A stretch of DNA of 13,785 nt, taken from contig JBBQEB010000103.1 of assembly GCA_038320275.1 (NCBI GenBank), positions 1 through 13,785 on the forward strand, given 5' to 3'. This DNA comes from Myxococcales bacterium. GTDB taxonomy: Bacteria > Myxococcota > Myxococcia > Myxococcales > Anaeromyxobacteraceae. The translations under genes and the position numbers were made by a program. Shown here in pieces: positions 1-9,839 of this stretch (within the stretch, counting starts at the first letter, position 1; every line of letters begins with the position of its first letter). The notes under the pieces are model-generated. The model was given only the letters and a program-made list of their open reading frames with translations, did no database searches and was not told where the DNA came from.

Positions 1-1495
1 CGGCGGGGTCGAAGTCGCCCAGCGCAGCCACCAGCCGCTCGTCGGGAGCCCAGGCCACCCATCGCATCGCGCCACCCGAAGCGAGGAGAAAGGGAGCGCC
101 TCCCGCGGTGGGAACCACCTTCACCTCGCGCGCGATGCCGGGTTGAGCGTTCGCGCTCCCGGAGGCTTGCGGGTCCTGGTACCCCCGCGCGTACGCGATG
201 AAGGTGCCGCGGGGCGAGACGCGGAAGCCAGCCGCCGGCGACACGCCGGTGTCGAGGACCGGTCCGGCGGAGGTGGGCGCCGCGCCGAGGCTCGCGACGC
301 GGAAGTCCGAGGCGTCCAGGCCGCCGGCGGGAAAGGTGGGCAGAACCAGCAGGGGAGGAGCCTGGTCTCCCCCGGAGGCCGCGGGCGCGAACGCGGAGTA
401 GCCCAGCGAGGCGTCGGCCCAGAGCAGCGCGTCCGTTCCGGTGGCGGCATCGACGGCGTGAATCGCGGCGTGCTGGAAGAGCACGCTCCAGCCCGTGGCA
501 ACCACGACGGTGCTCCCGACCACCGTCACCTGGTCGACCCCGGTGGCCAGCGTGCGTGGCGCATGGCCCTCCACCCCGTCCCACGACCTGACCGCCGTGC
601 TCGCTCCGGATCCCGCCACCCATACCAGCGAGCGCCCGTCGACGGTCCAGCTCACCTGCCGGACCCCGCTGTCGAGCGGGGCGGCCGGGGAGGTCGATGG
701 AGGGAGCGTCGCCACGTGGAGCTCTCCGCCCCCGAGGGCGGAGTACCCGGTGAGCCAGGCCACGCGCGTCCCGCCGGGCGCAAGGCGGTAGAGGTAGAAG
801 TCGAAGCGCGAGGCGGCGGCTGCGATGAGCTGCGGGGTCGCTCCGGCCCAGTAGAAGAGGTCGCCCTGGCGCTGGGTGGCGTCGTAGTTCCCCACGTACA
901 GCACCGCGTCTCCTCCCGGACCGGCGAAGTCGTAGTTCTCCACCCGCACGTTGGAGGCGACCGCGCGGGGTGAGGCCGGCGCTGTCAGATCGACGAGCAC
1001 GAGCCGCCCCGTCACGTAGCCCACGTCCGCCAGGGTGAGGAGCTTCGTCCCCGAGCCGTCGAAGCGGGCGCCGGTGGAGCCGTCGATGATCCCTCCGGCC
1101 CCGCCGTTCTTCCCCACCACCACCGGCGTCGAGCCCGGCGCGGAGGAGAGCACCGTCACGTTCCCGGCCCCGGTCACGGGGTCGTACCGGTCGAGGTAGA
1201 CGATCCCGCCCGGCGTGGGCGGCGTCGCGCAGGCTCCGCCGAAGCTCCGCACGTCGGCCGAGGGCGAGCCGTTCACGATCTTCCCTGCGGGGCCGGAGTA
1301 GAAGCAGCCCCCGCGCCAGGCGGGGACGTCGGGCGCGAAGCTCGCCACTGGCGGCGCGGCCGTGGCGGAGGCCCCGCCGAGGACAGGTGTGGAAGCGGTG
1401 TGCTGTCCGATCCCGGAGGAGCTCGAGGCCGATCCTCCGCCACAGGCGGCGAGCGTCGCGATGGCAGCGGCGAGGACGGCGGGGCTGCGCTTCAT
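1..1495 (-). CDS. Lipoprotein with TolB/PD40-like beta-propeller repeats (3' end outside window)
   Basis: Manually translated, absent from ORF track: ATG at 1495, MKRSPAVLAAAIATLAAC-GGG (signal peptide plus LAAC lipobox), purine-rich GGGGGAAGGGG upstream, frame open to position 2. Repeated blade-like motifs FDGSGTKLL, LAPGGTRVAW, WTVDGRSLVW, VSPRGTFIAY, WAPDERLVA. Confidence 0.8.
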   Translation of the reverse strand, partial: MKRSPAVLAAAIATLAACGGGSASSSSGIGQHTASTPVLGGASATAAPPVASFAPDVPAWRGGCFYSGPAGKIVNGSPSADVRSFGGACATPPTPGGIVYLDRYDPVTGAGNVTVLSSAPGSTPVVVGKNGGAGGIIDGSTGARFDGSGTKLLTLADVGYVTGRLVLVDLTAPASPRAVASNVRVENYDFAGPGGDAVLYVGNYDATQRQGDLFYWAGATPQLIAAAASRFDFYLYRLAPGGTRVAWLTGYSALGGGELHVATLPPSTSPAAPLDSGVRQVSWTVDGRSLVWVAGSGASTAVRSWDGVEGHAPRTLATGVDQVTVVGSTVVVATGWSVLFQHAAIHAVDAATGTDALLWADASLGYSAFAPAASGGDQAPPLLVLPTFPAGGLDASDFRVASLGAAPTSAGPVLDTGVSPAAGFRVSPRGTFIAYARGYQDPQASGSANAQPGIAREVKVVPTAGGAPFLLASGGAMRWVAWAPDERLVAALGDFDPA

Positions 1496-1535
1496 GTGGA
1501 TGTTTTCCCCTTCCCCCGGCGCGGGTGCCGGAGGC

Positions 1536-1892
1536 TCATCTACTCGCCGGCGAGGGCGCTGCAAGCGCGGGGCGCGGCGCCGCGCCTCCCTGCGGGCTCG
1601 CCGGGCGCGCGCCTCGCGCGAGGAGGGCCAGCGCGAAGACGAGGACGGCCGCCGCCGCCAGCACGAGGAGCGCCTTCCGGTGATCCACCCGCCGCTCGCG
1701 CACGCCGCGCAGCGCGAGCATGGTTCCCGCCCGGGTGAACCGCTGCGAGCTCTCCGGCCGGACGAGGTCGTCGTCTCCCACGAAGCCCTGCGCGTAAAGC
1801 GCGTGCAGGTCGGCGAGGGTGGGGCAGACGAGCTCCTTCCCCTCCGCGTCGCGGATCACATAGCGCATGGGCGGTACGCGGGGCGTCGTCAC
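1536..1892 (-). CDS. Small hypothetical membrane protein (soluble N-domain, possibly GYF_2-like, plus one C-terminal TM helix)
   Basis: MRYVIRDAEGKELVCPTLADLHALYAQGFVGDDDLVRPE... then hydrophobic ALLVLAAAAVLVFALALLA. GTG at 1892 overlaps the upstream TGA (GTGA coupling); alternative ATG at 1868. Confidence 0.7.
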   Translation of the reverse strand: MTTPRVPPMRYVIRDAEGKELVCPTLADLHALYAQGFVGDDDLVRPESSQRFTRAGTMLALRGVRERRVDHRKALLVLAAAAVLVFALALLARGARPASPQGGAAPRPALAAPSPASR

Positions 1893-3484
1893 GGCGGCCC
1901 CAGCTCCGCACAGATGGCCTCCGCCACGCGCAGCCCGTCCACCGCCGACGACGCGATGCCCCCCGCGTAGCCCGCGCCCTCACCAGCCGGGTAGAGCCCG
2001 GCGATGCCGGGGGACTGTAAGGTGTCGGCCCGGCGAACGAGCCTGCAGGGCGAGCTGGTGCGCGTCTCCACGCCCACCAGGATGGCCTCCTCGGTGACGT
2101 AGCCGCGCATGCGCTTCTCGAACGCTCTCAAGCCGGCGCGGAGGGCCGCTTTCACTGGCTCGGGGTACAGCACGGACAGGTCGGCGTGGGTGAGCCCGGG
2201 GCGGTAGGAGGAGCGCCCCGGCGCCGTGCCCGCGCGCCCGGCGAGGTAGTCGGTCATGCGCTGCGCCGGAGCGCGGTAGCCGCCTCCCCCGAGCGCGTAC
2301 GCCCGCCGCTCCCAGGCGCGCTGCCACGCGAGCCCCGCCAGCGGGCCCTCGAATCCCTCGGCGGCGAAGTCGGCGGGCCCCACCGCCGCCACGATGCCGG
2401 CGTTGGCGAGCGCGGAGGAGCGGTGGGAGCTCGACATCCCGTTGGTGCAGGTCATGCCCTCCTCGGTCGGGGTCGGCACCACCACGCCTCCGGGGCACAT
2501 GCAGAAGGAGAAGACTCCGCGCTGGCTTCCGCCCACCCGCGGGTTGTCGGCGAGCTTGTAGTCCGCCGGAGGAAGGTGGTGCTCGCGCGCCGCGGTCCCG
2601 TACTGGATGCGATCGATGAGCGCCTGCGGGTGCTCGGCGCGGAATCCCACCGCGAAGGGCTTCGCCTCGACGGGCCAGCCTCGCCGCGCGAAGAGCTCGA
2701 AGAGCTCGCGGGCGCTGTTCCCGGGGGCGAGCACCAGCCGGTCACAGGGGAGGACGCGGCCATCGGCGAGCGCGAGGCCGTGCATCCGCCCGTCCACGAC
2801 CTCCAGATCCACCGCCCGCGCGCTCCAGTGAAAGGTGCAGCCGCCCCCTTCCAGCTCGGCCCGGAGCGCGCTTACCGCCGCCGGCAGGACGTCGGAGCCG
2901 ACGTGCGGCTTTCCCTCTTCGAGGATCCGCTCCACCCCGCCGTAGTGGGCGAAGAGCTCCACCACCTTGCGCACCGCCGGATGGTGGATGCGCGTGCCGA
3001 GCTTCCCGTCCGTGTACGCCCCCGCCCCCCCCTCGCCGAAGTTCATGTTCGACTCGGGATCGAGCGTCCCGTCGCGGAGGAGCTTCGTCACGTCCACCCG
3101 CCGCGGCCCGACGAGGCGCCCGCGGTCCACCACGACCGACCGAACCCCGCGCTCCAGCAGCGCGTGCGCGCAGAAGAGGCCGGCCGGCCCGGCGCCCAGG
3201 ATGACGGGAGGCAGCTCCGGCTGCCGGGCCCGGGGGGGCGCCGGGGCGGGGGCGGGCACCTCGCTGACCTCGGCAAGGCCCGCGGGGAGGGTGCCTTCCA
3301 CCTCCGCCTCGACGTGCAGGAGCCAGCGGGGCTGCCCCTTCTTGCGGGCGTCGAGCGCGCGGCGCACGACGGAGAGGGAGCGCAGGGCGCCGGCCGAGAC
3401 GCCGAGCCGGGAGGCCACCCGGGCGGGAAGCGAGGCGTCGTCCTCCCCGGGCCAGAGCGTGACGTTGAGGACACGGTAGCGCAT
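1889..3484 (-). CDS. Uncharacterised FAD-dependent oxidoreductase/dehydrogenase (COG2509-like)
   Basis: VILGAGPAGLFCA Rossmann motif, NFGEGGAGAYTDGKL, FCMCPGG, GVETRTSSP, GLYPAGEGAGYAGGIASSAVDG. Start trimmed to ATG at 3484 (MRYRVLNV). Confidence 0.88.
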   Translation of the reverse strand: MRYRVLNVTLWPGEDDASLPARVASRLGVSAGALRSLSVVRRALDARKKGQPRWLLHVEAEVEGTLPAGLAEVSEVPAPAPAPPRARQPELPPVILGAGPAGLFCAHALLERGVRSVVVDRGRLVGPRRVDVTKLLRDGTLDPESNMNFGEGGAGAYTDGKLGTRIHHPAVRKVVELFAHYGGVERILEEGKPHVGSDVLPAAVSALRAELEGGGCTFHWSARAVDLEVVDGRMHGLALADGRVLPCDRLVLAPGNSARELFELFARRGWPVEAKPFAVGFRAEHPQALIDRIQYGTAAREHHLPPADYKLADNPRVGGSQRGVFSFCMCPGGVVVPTPTEEGMTCTNGMSSSHRSSALANAGIVAAVGPADFAAEGFEGPLAGLAWQRAWERRAYALGGGGYRAPAQRMTDYLAGRAGTAPGRSSYRPGLTHADLSVLYPEPVKAALRAGLRAFEKRMRGYVTEEAILVGVETRTSSPCRLVRRADTLQSPGIAGLYPAGEGAGYAGGIASSAVDGLRVAEAICAELGPP

Positions 3485-3594
3485 GCGGGGGGATGGATGT
3501 AGCGCCCGACGCGGGGCGTCGCCCGGCGCCCGAGCGCCGGCGCGCCGCGTGAGAAGCCTGCGTCCTTGCACGCCTTTCGGGCGGGGGTTTGGCG

Positions 3595-3623
3595 TTGACG
3601 GGCCGGGAGCGCGCAAGTAGTTT
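3595..3623 (+). promoter_or_regulatory. Sigma70-type promoter of the gap operon
   Basis: TTGACG (3595-3600), 17 nt spacer, TAGTTT (3618-3623), about 46 nt upstream of the gap ATG. Confidence 0.65.
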
Positions 3624-3669
3624 ACCGCCCGTCCCTCCACCCCACACGCGGTCCTTCAGGAGCTTCGGC

Positions 3670-4671
3670 ATGGCGCGCATCGCTATCAATGGGTTCGGTC
3701 GCATCGGTCGCTGCATCGTGCGCGCGGCGCTGAAGCGCGGGGAGAAGGACCTCGAGTTCGTGTCCATCAACGACCTCACCGACACGACGACGCTCGCCCA
3801 CCTGCTCAAGTACGACTCGGTGCACGGGGTCCTGGAAGCCGAGGTGAAGGCCACCGACACGGCCATCGTCGTGAACGGCAAGGAGATCCAGATCACCAAG
3901 GTGAAGAACCCCTCCGAGCTGCCGCACAAGGCGAACGGCATCGACCTGGTCATGGAGTGCACCGGGCTCTTCACCGAGCGCGCCAAGTCCGAGGCCCACC
4001 TGCAGGCCGGCGCCAAGCGAGTGATCATCTCGGCGCCGGGAAAGGGCGTCGATTTCACGGTCGCCTACGGCATCAACCACGAGAAGATCGACAAGGCGAA
4101 GCACGTCATCATCTCGAACGCGTCCTGCACCACGAACTGCCTCACGCCGGTCGCGAAGGTCCTGCTCGAGAGCTTCGGCATCAAGCGCGGCCTCATGACC
4201 ACCATCCACTCGTACACGAATGACCAGAACCTCCTCGACCTGCCGCACAAGGACCTCCGCCGCGCCCGCGCCGCTGCCCTGTCCATGATCCCGTCCACCA
4301 CCGGAGCGGCCAAGGCCGTGGCGGAGGTGATCCCGGAGCTCAAGGGCAAGCTGCACGGCACGGCGGTGCGCGTCCCCACGCCCAACGTCTCCCTGGTCGA
4401 CCTCACCGTGGAGCTCGAGAAGCCGGCCTCGGTGGAGTCCATCAACGCGGCCTTCAAGGCCGCCGCGGAGGGCGCGCTCGCGGGCGTCCTGAAGTACTCG
4501 GAGGAGCCGACGGTCTCCATCGACTACAACGGCGACGCGCACTCCGCCATCTTCGACGCCACCAACACGATGATGGTCGACCCCACCTTCGCCAAGGTCT
4601 TCGCCTGGTACGACAACGAGTGGGGCTTCTCGAACCGGATGATCGACGTCGCCAAGTACCTCACCCGGTAA
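3670..4671 (+). CDS. gap: Type I glyceraldehyde-3-phosphate dehydrogenase
   Basis: MARIAINGFGRIGR, ASCTTNCL active site, WYDNEWGFS; AGGAG RBS at 3658-3662 before ATG 3670. Confidence 0.98.
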   Translation: MARIAINGFGRIGRCIVRAALKRGEKDLEFVSINDLTDTTTLAHLLKYDSVHGVLEAEVKATDTAIVVNGKEIQITKVKNPSELPHKANGIDLVMECTGLFTERAKSEAHLQAGAKRVIISAPGKGVDFTVAYGINHEKIDKAKHVIISNASCTTNCLTPVAKVLLESFGIKRGLMTTIHSYTNDQNLLDLPHKDLRRARAAALSMIPSTTGAAKAVAEVIPELKGKLHGTAVRVPTPNVSLVDLTVELEKPASVESINAAFKAAAEGALAGVLKYSEEPTVSIDYNGDAHSAIFDATNTMMVDPTFAKVFAWYDNEWGFSNRMIDVAKYLTR

Positions 4672-4689
4672 GCGAAGGCGGTCCTCCTC

Positions 4690-5880
4690 ATGGCGCTCAA
4701 GATCATCGACGCCCTCGATCTGGCGGGGAAGCGGGTCTTCATTCGCGTGGACTTCAACGTCCCGCTCGACCCGTCCGGCAAGGTGGCGGACGACCAGCGC
4801 ATCCGCGCTGCCCTGCCCACCATCCAGTACGCGGTGGCCAAGCGGGCGAAGGTCATCCTGGCCTCGCATCTGGGCCGGCCCAAGGGCAAGCCAGAGGACC
4901 ACCAGAAGCTCACCCTCGAGCCTGCGGCGGCGCGGCTGTCCGAGCTCCTGAAGCAGGACGTGATCCTCGCGGACGACTGCGTGGGCGACGGCGTGAAGAA
5001 GCTCGTCCGCGACCTCGGTGACGGCCAGGTGCTCCTCCTCGAGAACCTGCGCTTTCATCCCGAGGAGGAGGCGAACGACGAGTCCTTCGCGCGCGAGCTC
5101 GCGAGCCTCGCGGACGTCTGGGTGAACGACGCCTTCGGCACCGCGCACCGCGCGCACGCGTCCACCGCGGGCATGGCGAAGTTCGTGAAGGAGAAGGCGG
5201 CCGGGTTCCTCATCCAGAAGGAGCTCGACTATCTCGGCAAGGCGCTCGCGAAGCCCGCCAAGCCCTTCGTCGCCATCCTGGGCGGCGCCAAGGTGTCGGA
5301 CAAGATCAAGGTGATCGAGAACCTGCTGGGGAAGGCCGACACCATCTGCATCGGCGGGGCGATGGCCTACACGTTCCTCGAGGCCGAGGGAGTGCCGGTC
5401 GGCAAGAGCAAGGTCGAGAAGGACAAGCTCGATCTGGCGCGCTCCCTGATGGAGAAGGCGAAGGCCGCCAAGGTCGACCTGCTTCTTCCGGTGGATCACG
5501 TCTGCGCCACCGAGGCCAAGGAGACGGCCCAGCGCGAGGTGGTGAACGACCGCGCCATCCCCGAAGGCCTCATCGGGCTCGACATCGGCCCGAAGACGCT
5601 CGATCGCTATCGGCAGCGGGTCCTCGACGCCAAGACGGTGTTCTGGAACGGACCGATGGGTCTCTTCGAGCAGAAGCCCTGGGCCGAGGGGACGTTCGGT
5701 ATCGCGCGCGCCATGGCCGAGTCGCACGCGGTCACCGTCGTCGGAGGGGGCGACAGCGCGGCCGCCGTCGAGGAGGCGGGGCTCGTCGCGAAGATGAAGC
5801 ACGTGTCGACCGGCGGGGGGGCCAGCCTCGAGTTCATCGAGGGCCGCGTCCTCCCCGGCATCCAGGCGCTCGAGGGCTAA
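4690..5880 (+). CDS. pgk: Phosphoglycerate kinase
   Basis: RVDFNVP, ASHLGRPKG, LLENLRF, NDAFGTAHRAHAS, STGGGASLEFIEG. Confidence 0.98.
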   Translation: MALKIIDALDLAGKRVFIRVDFNVPLDPSGKVADDQRIRAALPTIQYAVAKRAKVILASHLGRPKGKPEDHQKLTLEPAAARLSELLKQDVILADDCVGDGVKKLVRDLGDGQVLLLENLRFHPEEEANDESFARELASLADVWVNDAFGTAHRAHASTAGMAKFVKEKAAGFLIQKELDYLGKALAKPAKPFVAILGGAKVSDKIKVIENLLGKADTICIGGAMAYTFLEAEGVPVGKSKVEKDKLDLARSLMEKAKAAKVDLLLPVDHVCATEAKETAQREVVNDRAIPEGLIGLDIGPKTLDRYRQRVLDAKTVFWNGPMGLFEQKPWAEGTFGIARAMAESHAVTVVGGGDSAAAVEEAGLVAKMKHVSTGGGASLEFIEGRVLPGIQALEG

Positions 5881-5883
5881 GGC

Positions 5884-6641
<758 letters not shown>

Positions 6642-6645
<4 letters not shown>

Positions 6646-7433
6646 TCACCCTCGTCACCATCCTCCACATCGCCGTCTGCGTCGTCCTCATCCTCGTGAT
6701 CCTGCTTCAGGCAGGAAAGGGGAGCGGCATGGGTGCCGCGTTTGGCGGCGGTTCCCAGACCGTCTTCGGCGGGCGCGGCGCGCAGACCTTCCTCGGCAAG
6801 GTGACGAGCGGCTGCGCGGCCATCTTCATGCTCACCTCGCTCACGCTCGCCTATCACGCGTCGCACACGGGCTCGGTGATCCGCGCCGCTGATCCGGGTC
6901 CATCGAAGAGCGGGCCCTCCGCGCCGGTGCCGCCCGGCCCATCGGGTGAGACGGGCGCGCCCTCGCCGCCACCGCTCGGGCAGCGTGCGCCGGCCGCCCC
7001 CCAGGGCCCGGCCAGCACGGCTCCCGCCCCGGCTCAGCCCGCCCCGGCCAAGGAGGGGGGGGCGGCCAGCGGGCCGCTATGCGGCGCCGGACGGCGCGTG
7101 GATCACGCGAACGCCCTCGCGCGTCGCCGCCACTGCGAGGCGCGCCACCGCGTGGCAGGCGAGGCACACTCCGCACCCCTTGCCGCCACCGAAGCGGGCG
7201 TGGATGTCTCCGCCGCACGCGACGCAGGCTCGCGGCATCGACACGTCGTGGAAGTCAGGCACCTCCTGATGCAGTTCACCGGTCATGGCTCCATGGGTAA
7301 CGCATGCCCGGACCTTGGCAAGTGGCGCGCCACCGGGCAGGCGCCAGCCGCGGGCGAATTCGTCTCGCCGGGCCTCGAGATGCACCACCGCTGCGCCCTG
7401 CGCGCGCTTGCGTCCACGCGCAGCCTTTGCTAG
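6642..7433 (+). CDS. secG: Preprotein translocase subunit SecG. Recognisable part plus Pro/Ala tail ends near 7052; the frame stays open to 7433.
   Basis: TTG at 6642 overlapping tpi[53 protein letters not shown]; canonical tpiA-secG-tRNA-Leu order. True 3' end uncertain. Confidence 0.9.
7062..7077. terminator. Short GC hairpin between convergent secG and the small Cys-rich gene
   Basis: GCGGCC-AGCG-GGCCGC perfect 6-bp stem; no U-tract. Confidence 0.3.
7077..7286 (-). CDS. Small Cys-rich hypothetical protein (69 aa), probable Zn-ribbon
   Basis: [69 protein letters not shown]; CxxC and CxxCxxCH; GC-rich third codon positions. The longer track ORF crosses the tRNA and was trimmed. Confidence 0.6.
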   Translation of the reverse strand: MTGELHQEVPDFHDVSMPRACVACGGDIHARFGGGKGCGVCLACHAVARLAVAATREGVRVIHAPSGAA

Positions 7434-7436
7434 ATC
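7408..7436 (+). promoter_or_regulatory. Possible promoter for tRNA-Leu
   Basis: TTGCGT, 17 nt spacer, TAGATC (preceded by TGC, extended -10 like), 16 nt upstream of the tRNA. Confidence 0.4.
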
Positions 7437-7452
7437 AGGCCGGCCGCGAAAC

Positions 7453-7534
7453 GCCCAGGTGGTGGAACTGGTAGACACACCATCTTGAGGGGGTGGCGCC
7501 GTAAGGCGTGCGAGTTCGAATCTCGCCCTGGGCA
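7453..7534 (+). tRNA. tRNA-Leu (anticodon GAG), CCA not encoded
   Basis: Acceptor stem GCCCAGG/CCTGGGC, D-loop GGAACTGGTAGAC, anticodon arm CCATC-TTGAGGG-GGTGG (GAG at 7487-7489), long variable arm GCC-GTAA-GGC, T-arm GCGAG-TTCGAAT-CTCGC, discriminator A. Confidence 0.97.
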
Positions 7535-7549
7535 CTTCAGCAGCGCCGG

Positions 7550-7576
7550 CCGCCGCGTGAACCCTCACCGCGGCGG
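7550..7576. terminator. GC-rich hairpin between convergent tRNA-Leu and fdxA
   Basis: CCGCCGCGTGA-ACCC-TCA(C)CGCGGCGG, 11-bp stem with one bulge; no clear U-tract. Confidence 0.45.
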
Positions 7577-7618
7577 GGCCCCTCCCGGCGGGCGCCACTT
7601 CCCGCCCTCGTCGAGGCA

Positions 7619-7945
7619 CTAGGCCCCCTCCAGCAACCCCCGCTTGCCCTTCGCGTCCTTGAACGTCTCCGCCTCGGGGAGCGGTGACTTCTTGTCCGTG
7701 ATGTTGGGCCACGTCTGGCTGAGCCGGGCGTTCAGCGCCACGTACTCCGTCCACTGCGGGGGCAGGCTCTCCTCGGGAAAGATGGCCTTGGTGGGGCAGG
7801 CGGGCTCACAGGCTCCGCAGTCGATGCACTCGTCGGGATGGATGACGAGGAAGTTCGGCCCCTCGTAGAAGCAGTCCACCGGACAGACCTCGACGCAGTC
7901 GGTGTACTTGCACTTGATGCAGGGCTCGGCGACGACGTAGGGCAT
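7619..7945 (-). CDS. fdxA: 7Fe ([3Fe-4S][4Fe-4S]) ferredoxin, Azotobacter FdI type
   Basis: [29 protein letters not shown]...[27 protein letters not shown] directly after the ino1 stop. Confidence 0.95.
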   Translation of the reverse strand: MPYVVAEPCIKCKYTDCVEVCPVDCFYEGPNFLVIHPDECIDCGACEPACPTKAIFPEESLPPQWTEYVALNARLSQTWPNITDKKSPLPEAETFKDAKGKRGLLEGA

Positions 7946-7957
7946 CGGTCCCTCCTC

Positions 7958-9286
<1,329 letters not shown>

Positions 9287-9315
9287 GGCGACCTCCTGAC
9301 GACTGGTGGGCCGCC

Positions 9316-9324
9316 ACCTTACCA
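9316..9324 (-). promoter_or_regulatory. Possible extended -10 for ino1-fdxA
   Basis: Minus strand TGG-TAAGGT about 30 nt upstream of the GTG start. Confidence 0.35.
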
Positions 9325-9392
9325 AAGGCCGGGGGAGAAAGGCCGCCCTCGAGCGCGCAGCGCGCCCGATCCCTCGCCGGTACGATCGCGGG

Positions 9393-9767
9393 GTGACCCG
9401 ACCCCTCGTGATCATGCTGCGGGCCGGCGGCTGGGGCGCGCGCCACCACGCGGTGAGCCTCGCGCTCACCGCCGCGGCCCTCGGTGAGGAGGTGCACCTG
9501 GCGCTCTTCGGAGCGGCGCTCCGCCGCTTCCTGCGGGGCACCTTCGACGGCGGCGCGAGCGCGCTCGCCCGGGAGGCGAAGGTGGGCTCGCTCACCGAAG
9601 CGCTGGCGGAGGGGCGGCGCGATCTCGGCATGCGGGTGGTGGCCTGCGACACGGCGCTGCGGCTGGCGGGATGGGACCCTCTGGCGGCCGTCCCGCCCCT
9701 CGACGCGGTGGAGAGCCTGCCCTCGCTCTGGCGACGGGGCATGGATGGGCGCGTACTCACCGTGTAG
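9393..9767 (+). CDS. DsrE/DsrF-like family protein (sulfur relay / peroxiredoxin-like)
   Basis: VSLALTAAALGEEVHLALFGAAL...GMRVVACDTALRLAG pattern with the single conserved-position Cys; GTG at 9393. Confidence 0.75.
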   Translation: MTRPLVIMLRAGGWGARHHAVSLALTAAALGEEVHLALFGAALRRFLRGTFDGGASALAREAKVGSLTEALAEGRRDLGMRVVACDTALRLAGWDPLAAVPPLDAVESLPSLWRRGMDGRVLTV

Positions 9768-9790
9768 CGAGGGCGCGGCCCGCTCGCCGG

Positions 9791-9811
9791 CGCGCGCTTC
9801 GAGAGCGCGCG
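9791..9811. terminator. Hairpin downstream of the DsrE-like gene
   Basis: CGCGCGCT-TCGAG-AGCGCGCG 8-bp perfect stem; no U-tract. Confidence 0.35.
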
Positions 9812-9839
9812 AAGCGCCTCGGGCGGGTAGACTGGCCGG

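Noticed and set aside
121..973. Track ORFs 121-501, 143-973, 198-401, 495-791
   Set aside because: All lie within the minus-strand lipoprotein frame, which has a lipobox, repeats and better codon usage.
3500..3590. Cluster of short GC hairpins in the divergent promoter region as an ncRNA or riboswitch
   Set aside because: Short stems are expected at this GC content; no known RNA motif recognised.
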